A DNA stretch of 64,000 nt from Vicugna vicugna. Lineage: Eukaryota. The notes beneath the pieces are model-generated. The model searched no databases and was not told the origin of the DNA. It worked only from the letters and a program-made list of their open reading frames with translations. Made by a program: the position numbers and the translations under genes. Below are positions 1 through 13,785 of the stretch, in pieces. The stretch is from NCBI GenBank assembly GCA_013265495.1, contig MU058423.1, positions 9,533,627 to 9,597,626 on the forward strand. The letters run 5' to 3'. Positions within the stretch are counted from its first letter, which is position 1. Every line of letters begins with the position of its first letter.

Positions 1-134
1 TATAAAGCGTGCCCAACGTGTTCTGGAGAAGAGCTTGGTTTAGATCAGGAGAAATCGCTATCATATGGAGTCATCAAGAAAGTTTCCATGGAAAGTTGGT
101 CAGAGTGACCGGGCAACACAGCGAGTAGCAGCAT

Positions 135-340
135 CAGCTTTAGATCAAGAAAGGCCTGGGTTTGAATTCTGGCCTTGCGGTGCTGAGCGAGTTATGGTAC
201 CTCTCTGAGCTTTGGTTGTCTTCTGTTAAACTGGCCTAGCAAAACTTACGTTGCAGATGTGTTGGCAACACAACACAATGAAATAATGCATGTAAAGCAT
301 TCAGCTTTGATCCTGGTACATAGGAAATGGTGAACATTAC
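135..340 (+). mobile_element. MIR SINE (degenerate)
   Basis: ggcctgggtttgaattctggc...ctctctgagc...tgaaataatgcatgtaaagca...cctggtacatagg matches the MIR head, core and tail. Confidence 0.7.
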
Positions 341-1461
341 ACTGGAGCTTGAATGTACCAGGTGGTTATTTCCGTGGTGGGAGCTGGCATTGATGGAACA
401 GAAGAGAAAGGGCGGAAAAATAAAAGCAGAATAATAAAGGCAGAAGGTCTTGCTGGTGGAGCAAAGGCATGAATAAGGGTGAGAAGGCCTAAATATGCAG
501 AACTGTGTAAGGAGGATGTAAGTGGACCACACTGAAGATTTTTGGGGGCTGAAGATGTTATGCTGTTTGTCTCGAACAAAGGCAATTTGCTTTAGATTAC
601 AAACCACTTGACCTTAGCAGGTGGCTTGGCGTCTTCCTTTAGGATGCTGAGATGCTGCCTTTTGGCAAGGTAAACATCCTATATTTATTAGTTTCTTGCT
701 ACACAGCACCTTGGGGTGTCTTACACATGACATAGTTCTTATATAACACACCTGTGAGACAGGAAGAGCTGTGGATAAAAGTGCCTGACGTGGACCGAGT
801 GGCTCACAGCGCGGGAGTGTGGGCCTGGCTCCAGGTTGTCTTCTTCCCAGAGCCTCCCTGCAAAAGCCCACGTGGCCAGTCGTGGCGTTTCTCATCACAC
901 ACCTGCTCTGGGGGAGAGAGAAAGGATGAGAACTGAGCACTGTCGGAACTTAAGCAAGAGGCCTCGAAGTCTTCTGCAAATGACTGTTTGCTTTACATAC
1001 ATGGACTGTGAATCTGTAGTTATAAAAACATTTGTACATAATTTTCTCAATAGCAGGTGTCAAGAAGCAGGTGTTTCCTTGCGTTGGCAGAAAGAGCTCA
1101 TCTGACTTCTATACTGTTTATTTTTATAAAATCTTTCATGTCAGACTTGTGCTTTTCTTTGGATAGATAATAGCTGTTTCTCCTTTTCCTCTGATGAATG
1201 GCTAGGTGAGCAGAGATGGCAAACATCCTATGAAACAATATAAGCTTTGGAGGAAATTTGCATCCGCCAAAGTCACAAAGCTAAAGCCAAAACTCATCTC
1301 ACTGGATTTTCCTCCTTGTTTTGTGAGCGGTGAAAGAAGACTGACTAAAGGAAATTTTTTCATGGAAGATTACAGAGTTGAAGACCTTGGACTGGAAGGT
1401 GCTCAGAGATCATCTAATTGATGTTTTTACAGAAGAGAGTTGAAGCCAAGAGAATTTAACT

Positions 1462-1637
1462 CTGTGATCCCCAACCTTGGCTGCTGTTGGAATCACCTGT
1501 AGAGATCTAGGAACCACTGCTTTCTGGGGCCCCGTTTCTGGATTCTCTCGTGTAATTGGTTTGGGATGTGGTTAGGACACTTAGAGATTTAAAATCTCTC
1601 CAGGCAGCTCTGTGTAGCCCCAAATTGAAAACCACTG
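1462..1637. mobile_element. MER5-family hAT-Charlie MITE
   Basis: ctgtgatccccaaccttggctg...gaatcacctg...ttgaaaaccactg, typical MER5 ends and internal motifs. Confidence 0.7.
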
Positions 1638-2849
1638 TGTTGTGAGAGATCCCACTCACACAGATATGCTCTTAATAAGCTAGGTCAATATGAACACCCA
1701 GGTTTGTCCGTAGGAGCTCAGACTGCTCAATCTGAAGCATTTTCCTCGAGCCTCCACACTGCTTTCAGCATATTCCTTCGTTCATCTTCCTCTTTGCATT
1801 CCTTTCACTGCCCATGGCGTATGCTCACTGTCTCTAAACTAGCAAAACAAGTTACTAGAAAATGCACCAGTAAAGGCACCCCGAGTGTCGCCAACTAAAA
1901 TCTGTAATACCTCTTCTAGATGCAGCTGCATTTTACCCAAAAACAAAGTCCCGATGGAAAAAGCCTTCTCACTAACCATGAAATAATAACCCACTGGAGA
2001 GGCAATCAGATTTTCTGTGTCAGGCAGACTAGCTGGATCGCTTAGGAGAACTTCAACTTCTCTAGCTGTTAACATTTGGATGTGCAAGCTTGCCGGGCAG
2101 TTGGCATCTGAGGACAAAAAGCCCGTCACTTCAACTATGAAGGCCAGGTTTCTACTCAGTTTGGATAATTCTTCCCTACTCTCAACCCTTCTGTAATTAT
2201 GAGAGGACCTGAGATCAGTGTCCTCTTCCTGGAACAAGACTGGAGGATGTTGGGCTGTGCCTGGCCAGAGCATGCCTCTTCATGGGATATGAAAACCTGG
2301 TAAACTATATGAGTTCTGCTAGCCTCATACTTGTAACTTAACCTAAGAAATCTGCTTTGTGCCTCCACTACGTGTCTGTACTCTGTCTTTACTCCTTGCC
2401 TGGTTCTGTCTTTCCGTAAGGTTGCATTTAAGTAATTAGGCAATTATCATAGCTGTATAGAATACATGTTTCTTCCGCAGAGCATCACAGGAGGAAAGAA
2501 GTGTAGATATCAACTTGTTCATTGACTGGAATTCCTACGGTCACTCTATTACAGATTTTCTTCTCTAGGATGATGGCATGTTGATTCTTCCTATAGCAGG
2601 ATTATATTTATTGGTAGAATTATCTACTGGAAATACGCTTTTATTATGATATAGTTGGTGAAGTGTGGAAAGAGAGGAGAGAAGGGAATATGGAATAGCA
2701 AAGAAATGAATCAAGAGGACTTAAGGATTTGTTGAAGAACTTTATGCATGACTTTAAAATTTGGCCATGATTAGCTTGTGTCAGACTTCTCCTTCTACCA
2801 ACATGTGTATAAATATGGAAAAGTATATAAAAATTATTTTTAGGACATG

Positions 2850-3800
2850 GGCAGCAGCCAGAGCAAGGCTGAGATCTCTGAGCTAAGGGAAGCACATGAG
2901 CTACATCCTACACTCACCCTGATTTCTCCCTGGATGCAGTTTCCAGACCATTGTATGGGGGAGTAGCCCAGGAAGAAAATAGAAGTTTTGCTGTCAGAGG
3001 AAGCAGAGCCTGGTGTTTGGAGTCACTATAGTGATTGGAATTTGAGGGATGAGGTATTAGACAGGAGAGAGCTTCAAAGAAGGAGCCCCCAAAATCTTCA
3101 TACAAATTCACATTGGGTCTTTGGCTGACACATAAAGCTATGTATTTGCAGAATATTTCAAGCGATGGAGCAGAGAAAAAAAATGCAGGGAGGCTAAAAT
3201 ATAATCAGGAATTTCAGAGGTTTCACAGCTTTGGGGACATTAGAATTTGGGTTCAGATAGTGAATACTTTGGGCTTGTTTTCATTGTCATTGAACTATCA
3301 CATCCTAGAAGTTGGAAGAAAGCTAGGCGTCTGCAAGAAGTAAGGGCAGACTCTAGGAGAAAGGGCAAAAGTGAGATAGATGCACCATAACAAAGACTAA
3401 AATCAAGCTGTGGCAGGATCAGAGTGATCCGCTAGTCATTTAACTGCTTGCCAGATAAAAACTTAACACTTCCTCAGAGAAGATAACCTGCTCCACAGCA
3501 TCTACGACGTATCATTTATGACTTCCAGCATATAATAAAAAAGTGTTAGATATGCATATGAACTGGAAAGGTGACTAATAATCAAGAGATAAAATAGTAA
3601 CTAAGTAAGGACCTAGAGATGATATAAATGTGGAATACAGTAAGGAGTTCAAAACAATTCTAATTAATATCTTAAAAATAAAGTAAAAAATGACCAAAAT
3701 GAGTAAAAATATGAATTATTTTAATGGAAAGTTGGAATCTGTTAAAAGACTCTAATAGAGATATGGGTCTGCAAAGTACAATATCTAAAATTAGGTCTTT
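2850..3800 (+). mobile_element. Ancient L1 (L1ME-like) 5' region/ORF1 relic
   Basis: aaaacttaacacttcctcagagaagataac...tctacgacgtatcattt...aataatcaagagataaaatagt...gacctagagatg resembles the old L1M 5'/ORF1 consensus; A-rich; left boundary uncertain. Confidence 0.6.
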
Positions 3801-4051
3801 ATGTCTGACAAGTGACTAATTAGTATAGAATCTCATGGTAATTGTATTTATCTGCCACATAGGATAAAATTTGTGGTGTGTAGTGAACAGAGAAACCGAT
3901 CAATGTAGGCTGATGACTGGCAATGAACTCTAAGAGATTGAAGTTGTGTATACAAAAGAGAAAATTTTTTTTTTATGGACTGTACTGGACTTCAACCAAA
4001 CAGATGAGACAACTATAAAACATGACAGTCAATACATCAGAAATAACATAG

Positions 4052-4160
4052 CATATTAATTTGCTAGGGCTGCTGTAACAAAGTAACACACACTGGTTGG
4101 CTTAAGCAACAGGAATCACAGGGGGTTCTCCCTGTAGGTGTGTCTGTGTCCAAAATTCTT
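4052..4160 (-). mobile_element. MLT1 (ERVL-MaLR) LTR fragment, internally deleted
   Basis: tattaatttgctagggctgctgtaacaaagtaacacacactggttggcttaagcaacag is the reverse complement of an MLT1 3' end. Confidence 0.7.
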
Positions 4161-4788
4161 GCCCAAATTAATTGGAACTAAGTTGCTATTACCTTCAACC
4201 CAAAGACCTAATAATTAAAATAATTGGAACAAGACATAGGCCTCTGAAACTTCAGCATATTTATAAATAATCAGAATGGTGTAGAACTTGTAGTTCCAGA
4301 TGGACAAACCACCTAGTTCCTTAGAGGTCAAAAGAATGAACAGCAAGTAATTTGGAATGGCTGGAAGAAAATGTGGTAGAATTAAGAGGAAGACTGGTTT
4401 GGGGAACAGCTATGTAGGAGAGGCCTGATTTCAGAGTCTAATTGTTGGACAGGATCCCAAAGTAAGGAATCCCTAAAATCTGCCTCCATGTTTAGATTCT
4501 CTGATTTGATCACATGACATAACTGCACACTGGTCTCTATTGTAGCTTGATGCTAATCTGTGCTTACACTTGTAAGTAGTTCCTTGACTGCCTTCTAAAT
4601 CAGCTCTGTTTCCTTTTAAAGTCATATTTTCATGAAGTAAAACAAGGCTGGAAGGTGATGTTCACATTTACACCTTGGCCCTAAAGCTGCAACTGGGCCT
4701 CTAGATCTCCTACGCCAGAAAATATATCAGAATGCAAGTGAAAATAGTGTTCTTGAAAAAACCTTGGATTTTTTCCTTTAACCATTAT

Positions 4789-5382
4789 TGCAGTGAAGAA
4801 TTAAACCTTGCCTGAGAGAGTTCTGCCCTCTACCCTCAGCTTCTGGGAGGTAAGCTCTAAGCCCTTGCAGTGTTGTGCCTGATAAGGGGTGTGTCTGTGT
4901 GATGGGGGGCTTTGGGCCATGCCAAATAGTCTAACAATGTTATTGATGGTAGAAGCTTTGAGTCATACGGTGTCAGCTTAAATCAAGTGTCTGGAAATGA
5001 AGCGCAGCCATGTGGGTGGTCAACCACGGAGCTCAAATAAAGGTTCTGGACTCTAGGGCTGGAGTGAACGCCCCAGGTCGGCAGTACTTGCTGTGTACCA
5101 TCACACCCTGAGTAATGTTGTCCATGGAGAGAGAGCAACTTGAAGCTCCTGAATCTTCCCTAGACTCTGCCTCATGTGCCTCTTCTCTTGGATGATTTTT
5201 AATCTGTATCTTTTAACCTAACCTCGTCTGTATCCCAAATCATAATCACGAATATAAGAGCTTCCAGTGAGCTCTGTGTCTTTCTAGTGAATTACTGAAC
5301 CTAAGTGTGGTCCTGGGACCCCTGAACTTGCAGTTGGTGTCAGAAGTGAGAGGAAGCTGGCGGACTGCCCCCTAACTTCACA
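4789..5382 (+). mobile_element. Solo LTR, MER77-like
   Basis: Starts TGcagtgaagaattaaaccttgcc...cttctgggaggtaagctctaagcccttg, has an internal AATAAA, and ends ...ccctaacttcaCA; no clear TSD. Confidence 0.75.
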
Positions 5383-5854
5383 CCCTTTTAAAAAATAATT
5401 TATAAACTGTTTCTGCAATTACTAACACTGACAAGTTACCTGTGAAGAACTGCTGAACAACTGGCATGAGAATAATGCTGATGGCTGTTCATTGTAAGGA
5501 AGAGGATTTAGAGTTTAAAATACCTGGCAGGTCCCTTACATACTAAGGTGTTCATTCATTTAGCAAATGTTTGCCGAGCACCTTACTACATGCTTTATAG
5601 TGTATCTTAAAGTGTCCCTTTTATTGGGATTAATTCCTAGCTTTGAAACAAAAATGATTGTAACAACTAACAGAGAAATCTGATTCAATTCAAACAAGAA
5701 TTAGTTTGCTAACACAGACAGATGCACCAAAGCTATCAGGTCTATCTTATTCTAACAGTTTAAATTGTGATATTTGGAGCCAAGTAAACTTACGCTGACT
5801 GCCTAATGTAATTTTTAGTACACATACTGTAATCTTCATTGCAATCTTTAGTGC

Positions 5855-5967
5855 TTTCTCACTTTCCTCATCTGTAAAATGGGCAGAATATCTACATCGT
5901 AGACTTGTTGTGAGGATTAAATGGGATGATGTATTAAAAAGCCAGTCATATAATCAATACATGTTAT
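5855..5967 (+). mobile_element. MIR 3' half
   Basis: tttcctcatctgtaaaatggg...ttgttgtgaggattaaatg core. Confidence 0.8.
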
Positions 5968-5992
5968 TTATTATTAATTATTATTATTATTA

Positions 5993-6023
<31 letters not shown>
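5968..6023. repeat. Imperfect (TTA)n microsatellite at the MIR tail
   Basis: About 18 tta units seen directly. Confidence 0.95.
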
Positions 6024-6949
6024 ACACTGGTGCATCTTTTAATGAATTTTTTTTAAAAAAACTGAGTGGAAGGGCGTGTTGCTTCCCAGCACACCTATAT
6101 TAATTTTAGTGGCCACTTAGTCCCTTGGTCCCAGGAGCACAGTTTTGAACTGTATATTGTAGCAGAAAAGAGCAAATGAACAGGTTTGGGATTTATTTGG
6201 TAGCAGTGACTTCAATTACATCTGCTTTTGCTGCCTTTTGTTTTGTCAGTAAAATACCAAAGAGATTTGGCTGTTGTATATACAGGGGCACAAAGCCCCA
6301 GAGAAGGTGAAATTGGATTTTGTGATCTCACGGCTTTTAGGCTGGAGAAGGATTATGAAGCAGCTGGTGAGAGTAAAATATTCATTAGTTTAGTCTGTAG
6401 CAACGTTCAAATGTTTAGATGGTTTCTCATCTGGGGTGGTTCAGGCTCTGCCCCTAGACATTTCAGTTGTGCAGAATCTACCAAACAGGCAGAACGACAC
6501 GGATCTTTGGTAAATTGCTTATTTCTGAGATGTTCTTCATCCTCACAAAAGTACATGTGAGATATTAGTCTACTCAAATTTATGAGATAAAGGGAAGAGC
6601 CAACATAACATGAAAAGCCCAGCTAACATTTTATAAAATAGAATGCTTTTCCCTGAGTACATTAAAAAAAAAAAGCCATGTTATCCACCGTGTACCTCCT
6701 GCACACCCCCGCCTTCAAGCAGTTTAGCTGCTGCGGCTCAGTGCGCTAGTCTCTTCCGGGTAATTATACCTCGCGCTGACATGGCACCTTGGACTCTTTC
6801 CTGTTCTCAAAATTAATAAATCATTTGGCTAGCAGGGTAGACCACATGACACCCATTGTAAGTAAATTGCTCCAGGTCACAAGGATAGACAGTGGCAAAA
6901 CTAATTCAGTGCTGGTTCCCTCTTCAATGGACTCAGAGTCTCCAGGCTC

Positions 6950-7100
6950 TCATTTGCAATAGAGTCACATGGGAAGCTTGTAGAGAACGCATGTGCCTGG
7001 GCGTGGCGCACAGAGGTGCCGATTCACATCGTCTGGCGCAGGGACCAGAAATCTGCATTTTTAGCAGCCACACTTGGTCATTCTGAAACAGGTGATTGTA
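6950..7100. mobile_element. MER5-family hAT MITE fragment
   Basis: gagtcacatgggaagcttgtagagaacgca...cagaaatctgcatttttagcag...ggtcattctga. Confidence 0.6.
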
Positions 7101-8090
7101 GGACAATACCATAGAGATTACATAGGAAGGCTTCCCATAGTAAAGGCTGTGGGTTATTTCTCCATCCTTTAAACATCCATGCTATTTAGGGTTAATGCCA
7201 TTCCCTGTGACACAGAAGGAAATAGAGCTGGTTTCTCCAAAAGAGAAATGATGTTTTATGTTTCTCTGCCTTCCTGATGCCACTGCTGGAAGAGGGGTGT
7301 GTGTAACCCTTTTGAAAGTTTTAGGTTGACACTAAGCTTTACCCTTGGGAACCCCAAGTGATGTTCATCCTGCATTTAGGAAGTGAACATAAATATAATA
7401 GAAGCAAATTAAAGTTCACACATAGAACATCCCTCTTTCTGGACTATCCACTGATACCCTCTATAGCCACGGATTAAATGCCACGGCCCCACCCTATTCC
7501 TGCCTGTGTCTGGTCTGGTGGACTCCTACTGACCTCTGCAAGTGGTTACCAGGAAACAAACAACATGTTTCTTTCTCAGGACTCACTGCTTCTTCCTGGA
7601 AATATCTAAGCAAGCCGTCTCATGAGAATTAAAAATTGCCTCTGGGGTCACTCTGGTCATCAGTCTCCAGAGGACAGCAGTGTCTGCAGCAATCTGACGC
7701 TCCTACTTTGTGCTGAAGTTGGAAGCTGCCACCTTTTCTTTACATTAAGTAAAGTTCAGATTTTGGCATGAGCTTTTGTTATCTTTCTTAGCCTCAGATT
7801 TTTCTGGTTCTAATGGGAATTACTTTCCTTCCCACAGTGCAAGTGCTAGATATATAGTGTTAGAATAAAATCCCACATTCTGTGGGGCCCCCAGGAATCA
7901 TCATTGTGTCACAGAGACAACAAAGCAGGCTAATGAAGCAGGTTTTATTTCAGTCAGTGAACAGTCTGCACACATATAAGTTTCCTGTAACTAATAAAGA
8001 TAACACATTGGGAAATTTCTTAGCAATGCTCGGTATTATATGACTGTATTTAATTTTCTCATCAGGAGAATGAAGGTGGTGAGAATAGAT

Positions 8091-8279
8091 TAGGGACTGG
8101 CAAACTTTTTCTGTAAAATGTTTTCGGCTTTGCAGACCATCCAGTCTATTTCACGATCACTCGGTGCTGCTGTGGAAACACGGAAGCAGCCACAGACAAC
8201 ACATCACTGAGTGGACAGGTCATTTGCAAGAACCTGGTGGGCTATGCTTGTCCTGTGGGCTATAGGTTGCTGACTCCTG
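8091..8279. mobile_element. MER58A-like hAT-Charlie MITE
   Basis: tagggactggcaaactttttctgtaaa...gcagccacagacaa...gggctataggttgctgactcctg with degenerate TIRs. Confidence 0.8.
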
Positions 8280-8424
8280 GACTCTGTTCTGTTTTAGATC
8301 CCAAGTTTTGTAATTCCATTCAAGCAAATTAAAATCCAGCTGTCACTTGGTTGCTTTCCAATTATGACCTCTAGTGTTGATTCATTTTTAATTTTATCTG
8401 TCAAGAACCATTGAAGTTAGAACA

Positions 8425-8580
8425 AATAATAATAATACTACTTATGGAAAAATTCATGTCCCAGGAGTTTGAGAAATATTTTTCAAACACTATTTAACAG
8501 AATCTTCTCAAACTTAAAAGAATGGTACGATTATTATGATTTGCACTTACAGATGTGGAAAACTGAGGGTCAGAGAAATA
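8425..8580 (-). mobile_element. MIR
   Basis: ttacagatgtggaaaactgagggtcagaga is the reverse MIR core. Confidence 0.65.
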
Positions 8581-9517
8581 ATTATGAAACGATTGTGTGT
8601 GCTCAGAGTAGATGGCACAGTTGGCAGTCAGAAAGGGCCTGACAGTCGTGTGGGTCTAGTGATTGGGTCCAGAAGCCAGATTACAGGAGGAATGCTAAAG
8701 GAAAGTAAATGAAGGCTTGTCATTTTAGAAAATTGGCCATATGGTGGAGAGAAGTGGGGTGGTTACTTCCAACTCTTCCAGTTTTTTCATTTTCTCTACG
8801 TGGAGTAGTTGAAAATGAAAACAGAAACAAGAAACAGCTGAGGCACAGGGATCCTTTCATAAATTGATCCGTAGGTTGCTTGGCAAGGTTGCCATGAGTG
8901 AGCTAAACCTCAGGAATTACCCCTGTTCAGGAGCAAATGCTTCTCTGTGTGGCAGACACGCATTAGCCCTGGGCTCAGTCCGGTGAGTGACCGAGTGGGC
9001 GCTAAGGTTTTCTTTCTGGTGGTTGAGGGTTTTGCTTCAGCATCACTGAGGTCATTGTTCTCTTACTTTCAGAACAGGATGAAATTAAGAGGTCAGTCTG
9101 CTGGGAAGTCAGTTCACTGTGTCATGTGTTGGAGCAACTGCTGTTCCTGAAAACATACCGGGTCTGGATTAACAAGCAGAATTCTTTTGATTTTGCTTTT
9201 CTCATAAAGTAGGAGAAATGGATCAAGTCTGGTAGGGTTCGAAGCACTCTTTCTGTCACTGAAGAGAAATATCTCCAAGGGCCAGGAAAGTAGGAAGACA
9301 GTCTGTTTATGCCAATCCCTAAGTTAGAAAATCTCACTGGCTAAAGTTCCAAACTATGTATTTCTGTCTACAGCAACTAAGTGAGAGCTGGGGACCTGGT
9401 GCTAACTTTGAGGAGAGTTGGAATCCTTGCCTCCTTTGCAAAAATCTTTTAAGTTGGGCAATTGTCTTCGAAACAGATTGTCTATATTGATTCATTCTGT
9501 AGCACTTTAAAAAACTC

Positions 9518-9809
9518 TTTCAGAGACAAATACCATATGATTTCACTCATATGTGAAATCTAAAAAAAAAATAAATAAACAAACAAAACAAAACAGAAAC
9601 AAACTCATAGATACAGAGAACAGGTTGGTGGTTACCAGAGGTGAAGGGGGTGGGGGAGTGAGCAAAATGGGTGAAAGGGGTCAATTGTATAGTGATGAAT
9701 GGTAACCAGACTTTTGGGGGTGATCACTTTGTAGTGTAGACAGATGTCAAATTATAACGATGTGTACCTGAAACTTACATAATATCACATACCAATTTTA
9801 CTTCAATCA
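9518..9809 (+). mobile_element. 5'-truncated L1 3' UTR with 9-bp TSD
   Basis: gacaaataccatatgatttcactcatatgtgaaatct...ggtggttaccagagg...accaattttacttcaat; TSD AAAAAACTC at 9509-9517 and 9810-9818, at a TT/AAAA endonuclease site. Confidence 0.88.
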
Positions 9810-10364
9810 AAAAAACTCCGTATTTTAGAGTCATTATCTTGTGGGACACTTTAAGATTAAATACATAAATGTCTTGGGCAATCCAATATGGAAACTTGAG
9901 TGGAGGTCAAAGTAGTCTAAGACAGTTATAGATATTTTAAAAATAGAGGAAAGTACAAATTATCTATATTAACCTTAGTAATGTCATGAATAATGGGCAT
10001 CCACCAATAATCTGTCTCAAATCTTAAAGCCATTATACAAGGCTCAGTGCCCAGTAAAAGCAATATTTTTCAGTGTGGCTAATAAATTGCAAACTGATAT
10101 TCCACATATTAAAACTTTATTTTCTATTTTGATAATGGTGATTTGTGATCTGCTCTAAGAATTGTTATTAGACGCAAGGAGGCGGGGCAAAAGATCTGAA
10201 TAGTTCATTCACTAAGTTGTATAACTGAGGCTTGGCAAAAAAAAAATGTAATGTAATTCAGTGATTTAGTGAACACGTGGGTGATGGTGGGCAGCTTCTA
10301 GTATTTTAAGAGATTTGATATTTTTCATTTGCCTTTAACTATAATTTTTCTTGTACTTAATTCT

Positions 10365-10440
10365 CTGTTTTAAAACTTTTAAATTTTTATTGAAGTGTAG
10401 TCAGTTTATAATGTTAGTTTCAGGTGTTCAGCAAAGTGCT
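10365..10440 (-). mobile_element. Extremely truncated L1 3' end (~76 bp) with TSD
   Basis: tttttattgaagtgtagtcagtttataatgttagtttcaggtgttcagcaaagtg; TSD CTTAATTCT at 10356-10364 and 10441-10449. Confidence 0.8.
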
Positions 10441-12010
10441 CTTAATTCTGTATGATCTATAAAAAGGAATTAAAAAACCTTTTTATGATATTGTACTAGG
10501 TCATAATTTGTTCATTATGGAAGAATTGGAGTATAATTATTAATTCATCTGTCTGATCCTTTCATTTATCTGTACATTTATTCAGCTCTGAATTCAGAAG
10601 ATCTTTACCTAGTTCTACTGTTGACTCTAAGCACCAATAATTAATTTCTCTTATAGATGCCAACCCAGTTATTTATCATAGTGGATTCAAATGTTGCCTA
10701 ATTAGATCCTTCTGGTTTTCTCCATAGGTCATTCTTAGACTGATGACCGAAGACCTTTTGTTTTAGAAAACATTGACTTAGTGTGCAGTGCCTGACACAG
10801 AGCCCACCACACACATGGTAGGTATCTGGAAAATGATTTGGCGTTTATGTTCTCTTAAATAGACATTTTATTTTGCCCTTAACTCCTTTTTTAAGTTAAA
10901 TCTAATTTGATATAATTTTATAGACAACCAAGATTCCTATGCTATTAATTAGATGCACTCAAGTAGTCACCTACTTTTCTTGGTGATGTTGAACTTGACT
11001 TTAGAAGTGAGCCTATCACCTAATAGTTTATTCAAGTGCTTGTGGTTTTTTTATGGTTTCATGTAAAGAAATGAAATCAAACAAACTCTAAAACCCACAG
11101 CCAGGCCCGTGTCTATCGGTAGAATAAGAAAGGACGTCTGTTATTATAGTTCAAATCTTGGGGTAAAATTTACTTTTTGAGGATCTGTTTCCTCTTCTTC
11201 TTAGTGTTAGTCATGAAAACTTAAAATGTAAGTATAGTAGACTTGTAATTACTGCTTACTAGCAATTTCTCTTATATTGAGACAGTTTCATTTGTACTAA
11301 ATGTATGAAATTGATAATTATATGTATGGATATTTAATTAATTAAAAAACTGATTACTGAGGCTTTCATATTTATTTTAAAAAACAGAAATTTATACCAA
11401 ATATTTAAATATGTTGAAACATGAATCTCAGGCTCTTGCTAGGATGTTCCAGACAATAATACTGTTACTTGCTTGAAAAATCTTGTTGTTGCTATAGGAG
11501 CAATCAAACACGTATTTACCAGAAGAAAAAAAAATATCTGAAATCATCTTGCACTGAAACAAATTTTCTTATAATCCCAACTAACTAATATTAAATTCTA
11601 AGTTGCTGAGTTTTAGTATGTTTTCTGTTGCAAAGTTTAAACTCTAGATTTTAAATTATGATAAGAATTATTATAGAAGGAAGCAGAACTTTATTTCTGG
11701 AAAAATCAGATATTGTCTGTTTTTTTGGTGAGGCAGCACAGGAAATGTTCTTAAAATTAATATTTAATTTCTCAATAAAAATTAATTTTTCATAATCAGT
11801 ATTTAAGAATTCCTGTATCTTATTTTTGTCCACATATTAAAATAGTTTGTCTTGCACTTTGTTATGGAGATAAAAGGTAAAAGGGCAGTTTTAAACACAA
11901 TTAATGTAGTAGCAATATTCATTTGACAATTTATGTTAACATCACTAAGAAGCACCCACCTCTGCACATAATTAATTTTTGAACTGTTAGAATATTCTCT
12001 TTTTAATACT

Positions 12011-12200
12011 TGTTGGAGACTGAATTATGTCTCTTCCCACTCCACTCCACCCCTCCCAAATTCATATGTGAAGCTTTAAGCACCAGTACCTCAGAATGTG
12101 AATGTATTTAGAGATAGGGTCGTTTAAAGATAATTAAATTAAAATGGGGTCTTCAGGGTAAGCCCCAATCCAATGTGACTGGTGTCCTTATGAGAAGACA
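12011..12200 (+). mobile_element. MLT1B/C-like LTR 5' part
   Basis: tgttggagactgaattatgtc...aaattcatatgtgaag...cagtacctcagaatgtga...ccaatgtgactggtgtccttatgagaaga. Confidence 0.82.
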
Positions 12201-12404
12201 CACAGTAAATGTTGGATAAGTGTTAAATATTATTATATTCATTTTTGCATTTGACTGACAAGTGGCTTCAAGTGGAACAAAAGTTTAGTCCCAGTGATCG
12301 GTGAGAAAAGAAATATAAAGTGTAAGTGAAAATATTTATTTTGTTAAAAAAGAGCAGAATGCACTCTTTTCTTGATTTCATTCATTCATTTCTACATTTA
12401 AATG

Positions 12405-12605
12405 AATCTTGATTTGAGTCCTGGCTCCTTAAACTACCAGCTTGCATGATTTGGGGCAGCTTATCTTATCTCTGAGCTCATAAACTTTAGTTTCCTCAAC
12501 TGTAAAATGAGAATAATGATCTCTACTTCACAGGGTTATGGTGAGGATTAAGAAGAAGAAGTAATGGGTTTGAAGACCCTTACGTGGTGCCTGGAAAGTG
12601 GGAGG
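12405..12605 (+). mobile_element. MIR
   Basis: ttgagtcctggctcc...agtttcctcaactgtaaaatgagaataat...gggttatggtgaggattaa. Confidence 0.8.
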
Positions 12606-13599
12606 CATCTTCTGCTTCCGCTTCCATCCTCAATATTCCCATAATCTCTGTAGGGTACCGGGGTTACCCGCTCAGAGAAGGGAATCAGAGTGTGAGAACT
12701 GGGAAGGCACTTAGAAATCAACCAGCTGGTCTGCTCATGAATAGCTCGATGACTCTGAGGCCAGATGAGAGGGAGGACTGTTGAGCTTTCTGAGTCAGCA
12801 TGCTATCATTTTAATATACACCCCTCTGTTCCTCTCCCCTCCGTCCCACATGAGGGAGAATCGAATTCAGTGCTGTGGTTTACAGAAGGTAGAGATTGGC
12901 AGAGGAAACCAGATAATGGTAAGGACTTAGCAAAGCTTTTGTTGTTTTTCCCCTTCTTACAAACGTGAACATGTTTTATTTTTCATAGGATTACAACAAT
13001 CAGCCTTTTAGAAGTCCATGACTTAAGTGCTTAATCTCTGCTTGTTCCTTCTCTGCCCTCTGAGCCTCTTTTTCATGGCCCTATTGATTTTCTGATATTT
13101 GCCTACCTTCCCGTCTTAATTCAGGGCTCCCACAGTCAAGCAATGGGAAAATGCATCAAAGTCACTTTGCTCTCTGAGTCGAGAACTGACACAGCCCTCA
13201 GCAGCATTTGGCCCAGTGGCTGATTTGCTGTAAATTTCTTTGGTCAGTACAATTTATTAGCCAATTAATTTCCATTTTAATCTCTTTATGACCCTCACAC
13301 AGTGTAGACAAATAAAGGAGAATCTATTGATAAGATTCGAAATTCCTCAGTAATATAAATCCAGTCTACACACATTTTGGTTCCTTTTTGAAGGAATGCT
13401 AAACTCTGATAAGGCTGACAATGACTTGGGAAGAAAAGCTTGAAATTTTTACAAGAGGCCAGATGGTGGCAGCAGAGAATGTGAAAGAAAAACTTACGAA
13501 CAACAATGGTTTAAAAACATGATACAAATGTGTTGCAAACAGTTGCAAAACTAATTATTGAGGATAGTTAAAGTAAGGAAACTGGGTAAGGACATGCTC

Positions 13600-13785
13600 T
13601 TCAGTATTAGAGATATCTGAATTTGACTCAGTGGCAGCATCACCTTGGATAAGCCCATTAAGTCTTGTTTTCTCAGTTTGTAAAGTGGGGTTAATAATAG
13701 CTACAAAGTCGTTTTGGGATTAAGAGAGAGAATGTAGGTAAAAGGTTTAGCCTATGCCTAGACTAGGTAAGTACTAGCTCACGTA
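13600..13785 (+). mobile_element. MIR
   Basis: ccttggataag...tttctcagtttgtaaagtggggttaataatag...aatgtaggtaaaag. Confidence 0.65.

Noticed and set aside
3830..4450. Possible processed pseudogene or ERV internal fragment
   Set aside because: Partial manual translation gave no recognisable protein motifs.
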